Source of the DNA: Vitrella brassicaformis CCMP3155 | Taxonomy: Eukaryota > Protista > Chromerida | Assembly: GCA_001179505.1 (NCBI GenBank) | Contig: CDMY01000277.1 | Location: 62,001-126,000 of the forward strand | Length of the DNA: 64,000 nt | Reading direction: 5' to 3' | Part shown: positions 44,745 to 54,915 of the stretch, in pieces | How the letters are laid out: each line of letters begins with the position of its first letter | Numbering within the stretch: position 1 is the stretch's first letter | The notes under the pieces: generated by a model | Told to the model about the DNA's origin: nothing | Seen by the model: only the letters and a program-made list of their open reading frames with translations | Databases searched by the model: none | Position numbers and translations under genes: made by a program

Positions 44745-46830
44745 GCTGGCACTCACATACAGGCATCACCCATGAGAGAGTAGGGCGGTAGGTGGGTTTG
44801 ATTGATAAGTTAGTCGGCTCAAAGAAGAGCGACTGACTGGTCGGCCCGCCGTGCGCACACAAATACAGTGAGTGACTAATTGATGCTGTGTGTGTGGGGA
44901 TGTGTTGGGTTTATAATGATTCACGAGCGTGTATGTGTACGCGGGATAGGATGGCTTTTTTCGTTTCTTCGTTTGTCTTGATGCTGTGTGTGTGCATGCT
45001 GCGGAGACTGTCTGCACATGGGCGAGTGGGCAAGAGCCTGTCGATGTGGGTCATCGGCAGCATGCATGCATATCGGATGTGTCGATCTGCGCTGAGTCAT
45101 ATTGACTGTCTCGTGTTGTCATGGTGGCATAGCCGGGAGGGAGAGAGTGTATGGCTATCTATTACCTTTCACACAGCAATTGTTTTTACCACGGCCACTC
45201 ATTCACTCATTCACTCATTCAGCTGGCATGGCATGGTGGTGCTGGTGACGGGACGTTTGGGTGGCAATGTTTCAGTCTACTTGAGAGTGCGTGCAATTCG
45301 TTCGAGTGCTGCCGCGCCAAAATGATGCGCCCCCACTTGTGGATGTACGCACTTTCGATGCGTGGATGTCTTGTCTGCATCCATGAGGGACGGTAGTGAG
45401 GGCGCTGTTTCTGCCGCCCGACCACGCGCGTGTCTGGCTTTGTTTCCTTTGCCTTGGGTGTTTCCGTGCATCCATGTATACATTCTTCTAACCTTCATTC
45501 GTCGGGTGTGCCTGTGGCTTAAGCTGGGATTGGCTGAGTGGCAAGAGCATTTTTTGTCCCTGTCGAGGTGTTGTGTGGCACACGCTGCTGTGCTCTTTTT
45601 CGTCGCTGATGTGATATGGTTGCTGTGCTCTTTTTCGTCTGTGCGGTGGCGTTGCTTCTGTCACCTCTCGATGCCTTCATTCTGGTCCTCCCCTACGCTG
45701 ATGGGGGAGAGGGTGCCTTTGATGTGACTCGAGTACCGTGTCATGTGGATGCAATTAATGGCATTGAGGGTACTGATGGGTGTTGTTGTCCTGCTTGTTG
45801 TGCTCTCACATGTCGGCCCGCTGTCTGATCTGTATTTGTGTGTCTAGCTGAGAGCCTGTTTTTCGTCGCCCGCCCGACTAGTAAGCTACTAACTGTCTTG
45901 TATATTCATGAAGCAGGTCGTAGGGATCGATAGTGACTCGCCCGTGTGCTGTGTATGGAAAATGGTGCTTAGTGTGGCTGGTGTGGCTGGTGTGGCTGTC
46001 GGCAACACAGTGAGGCTCGCTGGCTGATCGCCTGAATGTTTGTGGGACTTTCGCGGGACCCAAACCAAGAGACACAGTGGCCAAGAGACACAGTGATTAG
46101 ACAGTGAGACGTGAGACCAGTGATATATACATATCGTGAAAGGGCTTGAATGTGTGGCGCGAGAGCCGGCAGTGTTGAAAGAAGCAAAGCGCAAACGGAG
46201 CAAAGGCTGAGGATCGACGTCTGTCTTCCGCCCATTAAGCTTATTTCAGATTCACGCCTTCCTCTCTGCTTCATCACAAGTTTGCCTGGCTGAGTGGATC
46301 AGCCACAGGAGACAACATACACGCAGCCCGGTGGGACACACAGGAATTTTGCCTGATGACTGAAGGACTGACTGATTGACTGACTGACTACTTCTCGGCC
46401 CCGTCTCTGCTGGGCACTCGGGCACTTGCACACCGGGTGGGGCGGGTTGCCTTCTGTCCTGTCGTCTGCTGCCCTTAAACCAATGTGACTTTCGTGAACA
46501 GCGAAGCCGTTGCCTTTGTTGGGTGGTGTCTGCGTCATGTGAGACACTCATCCGATGACGCAGTTGTTCTCTCTCCTCTACAAGAAAGGGGCATACTACA
46601 GAAACCGGGTGGGTGTGTATACATCAAATTGAGCGATTCTGTAGTATGTCTGTACATGACCTCGCTGTCGAAAAGCAGTTATTATAACTCGAGATTCACA
46701 AGGTGAGGAGACATGTCTCTCGCTTCCTCACAGAATGTGTAGACGGATCTTTGAGAAAACTTCTCGGTGTCGCTGCAGGCCTTGACGCGTGTTTGTTTGC
46801 TTGTTTGTGTGGAGACGGATGGCTCAGTAG

Positions 46831-46942
46831 ATGGGCAGGTGCGTACGTGTGCATGCAGATGAAGCTGGCCGCCCAGCTGTAGCGCAGCGTGCTGGCCATC
46901 TGTCTGCTGAGCGTTTTGTGGCGTGTTTTGGTTTGTCAAACG
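46831..46942 (+). repeat. Dispersed repeat module A, copy 2
   Basis: Direct repeat of 43449-43560. Confidence 0.9.
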
Positions 46943-47045
46943 GACGAACGAGCACCGGACAGTCTACCTGTGCAGTGGTTGCTCCATGTGTGTGTTGTTC
47001 AACTCATTGCTAAGAACGTTCTTCCGGACATCGACGCAATGAAAC

Positions 47046-47262
47046 ACCCATCGTCACGTGCGTTCCTCTCACACCTGCCATCCATCCATCTGTTCCATCA
47101 TGCATGTCTCTGTGTGTGTGTGTGTGTCTGCCGGCCTGCGGGTACGTCAGCCACTCCCTGTTTAGGAGCCTCGCTGACTGCCCAGCCAGTCGACCGACAC
47201 CCACACGCGACACCCATGCCCACACATGCCATGTACTCGATCCTCTTGCTCTCGCCCATGCC
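47046..47262 (+). repeat. Dispersed repeat module C, copy 1 (direct copy at ~49757-49965)
   Basis: cccatcgtcacgtgcg...gccggcctgcgggtacgtcagccactccctgtttaggagcctcgctgactgcccagccagtcgaccgacacccacacgcgacaccca...atgtactcgatcctctt is near-identical in both places. Confidence 0.92.
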
Positions 47263-47984
47263 ACGCACGTGCCAGCCCACCCGGCCCCCCCAATGTGGTC
47301 CCATGCATCCGGCCCGGTGCACACGTACGCCAGAATATATAAGACATGCAGACAGAGTCACCCACCCAGCCACCCACCCATCCATCGCATGCAGCAATCG
47401 AGTGATGACGGATGGATCGCTCGCTGACAGAGTGCACGGATTGATTGCCCCCCCTCCCGTCCCTGGCCAGCCTAGCTGCACGTACATCGTGAGAGATCGG
47501 CTTGGATTGCAGCGCGCCCCTTTTTCGGCGGCACATGCAAACACCGAAACACAACGCAATACGCACACAGCCGCCTGACTGACTTGACTGATTGACCGCA
47601 AGTGAGTGCCACAGAACGAATAGAGAAAAGCACATGTGTGCCGTGTGTGGACTTGGCAGACAGAGACGAATGCACCAGGAGAAAGACAGCGAGACAAATA
47701 ACCCTGTCAAGTCAGAAGACAGATAACTCTGCCAAGTCAGTTCGGCATCATGGAAAAATTAACTGATTGCACCATGTGTGTCGTGATGTGTGTAAGACTT
47801 GTGTCTTGTGGACACCACAGCTTCTCCCTTCCCTCTCTCTCTTGGTGAAAACACCACGGACCAATACACAGCAGAGGGCTCAGCCGCCCCTCCATGTAGG
47901 TCAGATGATCACACTGATTGTCAGCAAAGCCACACAACACGACGACATGGCATAGTGGGGAACTCAAGGCAGCTGTGTGAATGC

Positions 47985-48283
47985 NNNNNNNNNNNNNNNN
48001 NNNNNNNNNNNNNNNNNNNNNNNNNNNNNNNNNNNNNNNNNNNNNNNNNNNNNNNNNNNNNNNNNNNNNNNNNNNNNNNNNNNNNNNNNNNNNNNNNNNN
48101 NNNNNNNNNNNNNNNNNNNNNNNNNNNNNNNNNNNNNNNNNNNNNNNNNNNNNNNNNNNNNNNNNNNNNNNNNNNNNNNNNNNNNNNNNNNNNNNNNNNN
48201 NNNNNNNNNNNNNNNNNNNNNNNNNNNNNNNNNNNNNNNNNNNNNNNNNNNNNNNNNNNNNNNNNNNNNNNNNNNNNNNNNNN
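47985..48283. other. Assembly gap (299 N)
   Basis: Run of N. Confidence 0.99.
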
Positions 48284-48295
48284 NTGTGTCTGTGG

Positions 48296-48541
48296 TCAGT
48301 GCTTACATTTGCCGTGTTCGTCGTCGTCATCTTTCTTGCAGTAGCAATGGTGGTTGTACTTACATTTCCGCCCCTCGCTCGTGGCGTCACTCTCATGATG
48401 CTCAGTGGTGTAGTATGTCAGCCCACGCAGGCCACCCTCAGCGTCAGCCTCTTGAGCGTCATCCGCAGACGTCAGGCCGTTGGCTTCCTGCGCGGCAGCC
48501 AAGGCAAGCATGCCCAGAGCGAGGAGCCACAAGGTCTTCAT
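48296..48541 (-). CDS. Small secreted His/Cys/Asp-rich protein; may be spliced into the adjacent gap
   Basis: MKTLWLLALGMLALAAAQEA (signal peptide)...GLRGLTYYTTEHHESDATSEGRKCKYNHHCYCKKDDDDEHGKCKH*. It ends 12 nt before the gap. Confidence 0.65.
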   Translation of the reverse strand: MKTLWLLALGMLALAAAQEANGLTSADDAQEADAEGGLRGLTYYTTEHHESDATSEGRKCKYNHHCYCKKDDDDEHGKCKH

Positions 48542-49687
48542 GGCTGATGGGCTGGGGGACGGCAGAGGGAGGAGGCGCTCGTGCGAGAGTCGCAGATGGG
48601 AGGAGAAGCGGTACGAATTTTCGGGGGAAAGGGAAGGAAAGGAAGAGAGGGTACAGCAAGGGAATGGAAGGAAGGAGTGCTTCGGTTTGTTTGTCTGGGG
48701 CTTACAGCGTACAGTTCGTTAACTTTCATCCGTTAACAACACAGTTAACTTCACCTAGAAAACGCGGCCCAGCTCGCAGCCGTCGCGCTTATGTTTACGT
48801 GTACAGTGTACCGCTGCATGCACTATGGTCTGATATGGTGTGGGACTCATGACCTCTGTGTATGTGGCTCAGTGACGGATATTCTCTTCACTCACATCGG
48901 GCCTGTCATGGGCGCACATGTGAGCATTTTATGGTATCGCCTAAAGCAATCAGTACGTTGACGCAATAACGTATACGTATACGGGGGTGATTGCGTTGAC
49001 GTTTGATTGGTTTATACGCACAAGCGAGTGATTGCTTTATCTTCTGCCTGATTTCTGCGGGGTTTGTCGGTGTGAATGACTCACCCGAGCCACCCTCCAT
49101 CACATTGACTCTGCGGGGCCCGCTCAAAACGACTCTGAAGCGACGAAAACAACCATTCATTCACTCACTCATATGGGTGCGAGTGGCTGCAGGCGAGGCT
49201 GTTTAGCCCTGTTGGGTGTCTCCTGAGTGTCTGGTTCACCCTCCACCAGCTACTGATTCAGCCTGAGCTATTTTGCATGAAGATTGGTCGTCAGCTGTGC
49301 ATCATTTGGCCACGACGCCACAAAAAGCATGAATAGGCACGAACAGCAAGCTTACATGTAACAGGAAGCAAATCACATAAATCATGCCGCCCCGCCGCCT
49401 GCAGCATGCATCACACGAAATGGTCATCAAATTGCTTGTGCGGTGGCTGGCTGGCTGGCTGGCTGCCTGGATGGATGGATGGGTGGGCGTGTTGTGATGC
49501 ATGGAATGACTGAGGAGGAAAGAAGGCCGAACACATCAGGGCTGCACAAACGTGTGTTCGGCTGGATGAATGCCGCAAGATGCCTCACGTTGACCACCCT
49601 CTTGTTTGTCACAAATGGGTTTTCGTGCCGCTCTTCCGTTTACATTGTGGCCCAGCATGCCAAGAAACTCGCCGTGCAAATCCGAAT

Positions 49688-49965
49688 GGTTCATCTCAGA
49701 ACATGACAATCAAAATGTCTGTTTCGGGTCTCTTTGGGAGGTGACCCGGTTATCCGACCCATCGTCACGTGCGTCCCTCTCGCACCTGCCATCCATCCAT
49801 CTGTTCGTCTCTGTGTGCGTGTGTGTGTCTGCCGGCCTGCGGGTACGTCAGCCACTCCCTGTTTAGGAGCCTCGCTGACTGCCCAGCCAGTCGACCGACA
49901 CCCACACGCGACACCCACCAATGCCCACACATGCCATGTACTCGATCCTCTTCCTCTCGCCCATC
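49688..49965. repeat. Composite repeat: inverted module B (49688-49760) abutting module C copy 2 (49757-49965)
   Basis: Direct sequence comparison with 43641-43721 (inverted) and 47046-47262 (direct). Confidence 0.88.
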
Positions 49966-50509
49966 CCACCCCCCCGGGTGTGTCATCCGGACGTCATGCA
50001 GCAGACAAATACCATTCACGAACGATGCGGAAAGCCGTTCACACGTCCGGCCAAAAACAAATGCCGTGTGTGAGTGGATGAATGGATGGCTCAATCAGCC
50101 AGACAAAGAAAGAAAGTATGCAACAGCCATGCATGCGAAGCGAACTACCTCTCTCCCGTCTCTCTTCGTCCCGTCTGCATCCCAGTCAGCTATGCAACCG
50201 GCAAACCAGCCAGCCACCAGTCTGCCAACCAACCACTACCCTTGATGCACATATCCCACTCACCATGCAACCAACGCATTTGTGTGTGGACGCCATACAT
50301 GCTCCGCATGTCCGTCGGGAAAGCCCTTGCCCACCCGACCATGCAGTTCTAAGCGCACACCACCACACAGCACACGAACATTCGCCCATGGATCACTCAC
50401 TCCCGCGTGCACAAACAAGCTCATGAATTGTGAATTGATGCACCCAACCCGCACTCAACTCAACTCAGCATAAGACAAGCATGCACCTCTACGTGCACCT
50501 GTCGGCTAC

Positions 50510-51786
50510 TCAGCGGAGGGAGCGCTGGGCTTTGAGGTCCGCGATCTCCGTCGCCTGCATGCGGACGGTCTTGGCCAGCGCTTCGATGGCTTCGGCCTGG
50601 TTGTCGCTGCGCGTCTGTAGCTGCTGGGCCACTATAATTGTCTGCCACGTACACACAAGCGAACACACAACACACAGCAAAGGAGGGACGCGGATACACA
50701 CATACATGTGAAGCCTCGATTGACACGTGTGTGCTATTCACCTTGTAGAGGAGAGCGTATTGGTTCACATGGATGCTCTCTTCGGGCTCCGGGGTGCCCA
50801 CGAGGTGTGCTCGATTAGTCATCACCGCGTCAGGGAAGATCGCCTGTGTGGATGGGATGGCCAAAACACAGACATATCAACGGACAGAGCCGAGTGAAGA
50901 GTAACGGTGGTCTCGGGCTGCCCCATCGCACCCACCTTAAGCTCCTCGCCAATCACGCCAGTGATTGGGGTCTCCGCCTCCGCCTCCGCCTGAAGCCCAC
51001 GTCCGGCCACCTTACGCTGTCAGTGTGACAGCACACAAAGGGAGACACCATTCCACCCACCCACCCCCTCCATCGCTGCCTTGGCTTGCTCGCCATGCAT
51101 GCCGTCGGTACCTCCGTACCTTGTATGTGTGCATCTTGATGAACCTGAACCGCTCATAGGTGTTGCTCAGCTCCTGCTCGGGCATAATGTCCACTTGGGA
51201 CAGACTGCTGCGGCCGACCCTGCTGTTCCCGTCGAGGATCTCCTCGGCCGCGACGCTGGCCAGCATGCTATTCTGTCCGCAGCCCATCGCCCCTGCGCCG
51301 ACACACACGACACAGAAGACGTGCAAGGCAAAAAGACATTAGAGCTCGTGGTGTCAGCTCATATCCGCCTGCATCCACTACGGCGTGCAGAGACCTACCG
51401 GATCCATTCTGAACCTCTCCGTTGTCCTCATTTGCAGCCACCAACACTGGTTCAGGTCTGTTTCTTCCCGTACTACTACTAAGGTCACACTGCAAGCGAA
51501 ACATACACACAGACAGACACAAATCAGACAGACACGTGGTCCAAATGGCCATCCGCATCCCAGCTACCGCGTGACTCAACATTTCCTGAACAAGACACCG
51601 CAAACCACGTCCTGGGTTGGTTGGGCGTATTCTTTGTTTGGCCGCCTGCCTGACCCTTACCGTCGGCGTAGAGTCCATCAGGAGCTGTTGATCAATTTGA
51701 TTCATTGGATTGCAGGCCATCCACATCTTCGCTGATGCTGGCATTGCTGCTGCCAGGGCAGCGAACACGACGAGCAGACGAGTCAT
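50510..51786 (-). CDS. Secreted protein with C-terminal ICA/peptidase S74-like (MYRF/phage tailspike chaperone) domain and coiled coil, paralogue A, 7 exons, intact frame
   Basis: MTRLLVVFAALAAAMPASA (signal)-KMWMACNPMNQIDQQLLMDSTPT|EMLSHA|CDLSSS...LVAANEDNGEVQNGS|GAMGCGQNS...VGRSSLSQVDIMPEQELSNTYERFRFIKMHTYK|RKVAGRGLQAEAEAETPITGVIGEELK|AIFPDAVMTNRAHLVGTPEPEESIHVNQYALLYK|TIIVAQQLQTRSDNQAEAIEALAKTVRMQATEIADLKAQRSLR*. All splice phases are consistent. Confidence 0.8.
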
Positions 51787-52015
51787 GATGCACACACAGC
51801 ACACAGACCTGCGGTTCGGCGGAGAGTGACAGGGGTGAAGTGGCTCTGGATCACGGGATGCTCTGGTTACGGAATCTCGTGAGTACCTGGCGTTAACGAT
51901 TCAGCCGTAACGAAATCACACTGCGCGATCCAAGCTCGGGAACTTTGCCGTACCGTAAATCCGGCATCGCGTACGCCATCGCCGCGCCTTTCGATCTGTG
52001 TGCTGTGTGCGTATC
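51787..52015. promoter_or_regulatory. Putative bidirectional promoter between the two ICA-like paralogues
   Basis: 229 bp between divergent ATGs; both ATGs are preceded by tctgtgtgctgtgtg..atc; the spacer has GTTACGG (51866), CGTTAACG (51891) and CCGTAACG (51905). Confidence 0.55.
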
Positions 52016-53351
52016 ATGGGTCGCTTGCTCAGCCTCTTCCTTGTTGCCCTGGCAGCAGTGGCAGCAACGCCAGCATCAGCGTATCCACCGCCGGCGGCCG
52101 GCGGGGGGAGGATGTGGATGGCCTGCAGGCCACCCGATGGAATCGATGAACCGCTCCTAAGGGACGACAAGCCGACGGTAAGGGCAGGCAGGCGCCAAAC
52201 AACCAATACGCCCATCCTGACATATTGACGTGGCTTGCGGTGTCTTGTTCAGGAAATTGCGCTTGACGCGGTAGCTGGGATGAGGATGGGCATTTGACCA
52301 CGTGTCTGTCTGATTGTCTGTGTGTCTGTGTGTATGTTTCGCTTACAGTGCCAGATTGCCAGACAGGGCTTGTGGCGGCAGATGAGACCAACGGAAGGGC
52401 TACGCGTTAATACGGTAGGTCTTTGCATGCCGCAGGCGGATATGAGCTCGACACCACGAGCTCTAATGTCTTTGTGTCTTTGTGTCTTTGTGTCTTTGTG
52501 TCTTTGTGTCTGGGTGTCGGTGTGTCGGTGTGTCGGTGTGTCGGTGTGTCGGTGTGTCTGTCTGTCTGTGCAGGGTCGGTTGGCTGCGAAACGGGCATGG
52601 TGGTGGAAAGAGTCTTCACCGACAGAGTCTTCGACCGGGACGGCATGGTCACCCGCAGCAGTCTGTCCCAAGTGGACATCATGCCCGAGCAGGAGCTGAG
52701 CAACACCTATGAGCGATTCAGGTTCATCAAGATGCACACATACAAGGTACGGAGGTACCGACGGCATGCATGGCGAGCAGGCCAAGGCAGCGATGGAGGG
52801 GGTGGGTGGGATGGAATGATCTCCCTCGGTGTGTGCTGTCACACTGACAGCGTAAGGTGGCCGGACGTGGGCTTCAGGGGGGGGCGGAGACCCCAATCAC
52901 GGGCGGCATTGGCGAGGAGCTTAAGGTGGGTGCGATGGGGCAGCCCGAGACCACCGGTACTCTTCACTCGGCTCTGTCCGTTGATGTGTCTGTGTTTTGG
53001 CCATCCCATCCACACAGGCGATCTTCCCTGACGCGGTGATGACTAATCGAGCACACCTCGTGGGCACCCCAGAGCCCGAGGAGAGCATCCATGTGAACCA
53101 ATACGCTCTCCTCTACAAGGTGAATAGCACACACGTGTCAATCGAGGCTTCACATGTATGTGTGTAACCGTATCCCTCCTTTGCTGTGTGTTGTGTGTTC
53201 GCTTGTGTGTACGTGGCAGACAATCATAGTGGCCCAGCAGCTGCAGACGCGCAGCGACAACCAGGCCGAGGCCATCGAAGCGCTGACCGAGACCGTCCGC
53301 ACGCAGACAACGGAGATCGCCGCCCTGAAGGGTCAGCGCTCCCTCCGCTAA
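52016..53351 (+). CDS. Secreted ICA/peptidase S74-like protein, paralogue B (inverted duplicate), 7 exons; frame problem in exon 3, possible pseudogene or altered splicing
   Basis: MGRLLSLFLVALAAVAATPASA...MWMACRPPDGIDEPLLRDDKPT|EIALDA|exon 3 (52349-52414)|GSVGCETGMVVERVFTDRVFDRDGMVTRSSLSQVDIMPEQEL...TYK|RKVAGRGLQGGAETPITGGIGEELK|AIFPDAV...LLYK|TIIVAQQLQ...LKGQRSLR*. Exon 3 is 66 nt versus 91 nt in paralogue A. Confidence 0.7.
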
Positions 53352-54915
53352 TTCGTCGGTGGATGCCTCCATCCATGGTTGTCTGGTCGAGTAGCTCGAG
53401 GGGGGATTCAAAGATGTTGGTTGGTTGATGGGTGGTATTGCCTCAGCGTCGCGTGAGCGTGTAGCATGTGTAGGATGACTTGTCGCGTCATGGGTGGGTT
53501 GGGGATGCGGTCAATGTGAACATTGAGGGCGTCATTGAGCAGACAGGACGTACATTCACTTCAGGAGGTGTCCATCCGTCCATCCATGAAATGAATGAAA
53601 TGAAATCAGTGCACACCACACCATCATCACGATGCATACGGCCGGTCGGCCTCGGTCGTCCGTGACTTGTACGCCATATATAACAAGGCACAAAAAACAT
53701 GCACACACCAGCAAGAGGCAGTCGCTCAGTCACACAGGCAGGCAGGTAGGTAGGAAGAGGAGAAGAACCACGTGGCTCATACAGCATCAGCAGCACAGCA
53801 ACATTGCAGTGAGTGACAAAGATGCAGCAGGCAGGCAGGCAGGGAAGCCATCAGTCAGCCAGTCAGCCGATCAGTCAGTCAGTCAGTCAGTCGGTCGGTC
53901 ACATGCTCAGGCAGGCAAGAACGTTAAGAAAAGGCATCCGATTGACGCCACCACACTACTTGCTTACTGCGTGTGTAGGTGTGAAGGAAGCCCAACGAAT
54001 TACCTCCCATGACAGTCAATGTACCAACATCCCATCACCCACCCTCCAAGGGGCACGTGTGCGATAGCACAGCGAAAAACCCTCGCTCCCCTTTGTGTTG
54101 CATAAGACACGCACATGGATGGATGGCATGTGCAGGCATCATGCTGACTGACATGTAATTATAGGTAGGTTGATGAAGGGATGGATGGATGGATGGATAA
54201 ACAGACAGGTGTATTGTATGGTGCATGGTACGGTGGACAGGGGCAAAATTACAGATCCTTCCCTTCGCGACCGCCTTGGTGTACACGTGAAGGGAACGAT
54301 CATGGTATGGTATGGTATGCATTGCATATACATGATACTCATGTACGTATGTATTATGTATGGGACAGACAGCACAATACATAATGGCACCCATGTATGT
54401 ATTAAGGCTCTCTCTTACGTATGTATGGATGTAGGGTAGGGGGGTTATGTACACGTACATGTACAAGTACACACACACAACCGCAAAAAGTGCCTCGGTG
54501 CCTGCGGGCGGGCAGGAGTGTCCTCTCTTGTCGGTCGACAGACAGAAAGACAGATAGACCCCACGCTACAGGTGACGGCCGACAACAACCGCATGGAACA
54601 TGCAATTGATCGGTACCTACAGACGGCCGGCACGAGTAGTGTGACAGAAAAAGTGACACGGAAAGACAGACAGGCAGGCACCGGGGATGGCTCGATTGTC
54701 GATCAATGGACATGAACACAGTGATGAACGATGAGACCGATAAAGCACCACGCAATACTTACACACACACACACACACACGTACACACAAACATGCAAGC
54801 GATACGCTACACCACAGGCGTGCAACACAGAGATCCATCACACGAACACACTCACTCGTATACACACAGCAAGACATGGACACATGCAGCCACGCATTGC
54901 ATGCGAAGAGGCGGG

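Noticed and set aside
45560-46720. Short ORFs and small tandem duplications (gctgtgctctttttcgtc x2 at ~45587/45622; ccaagagacacagtg x2 at ~46066)
   Set aside because: Too short and irregular for a CRISPR array or a defined element, and no transposase or RT motifs are recognisable.
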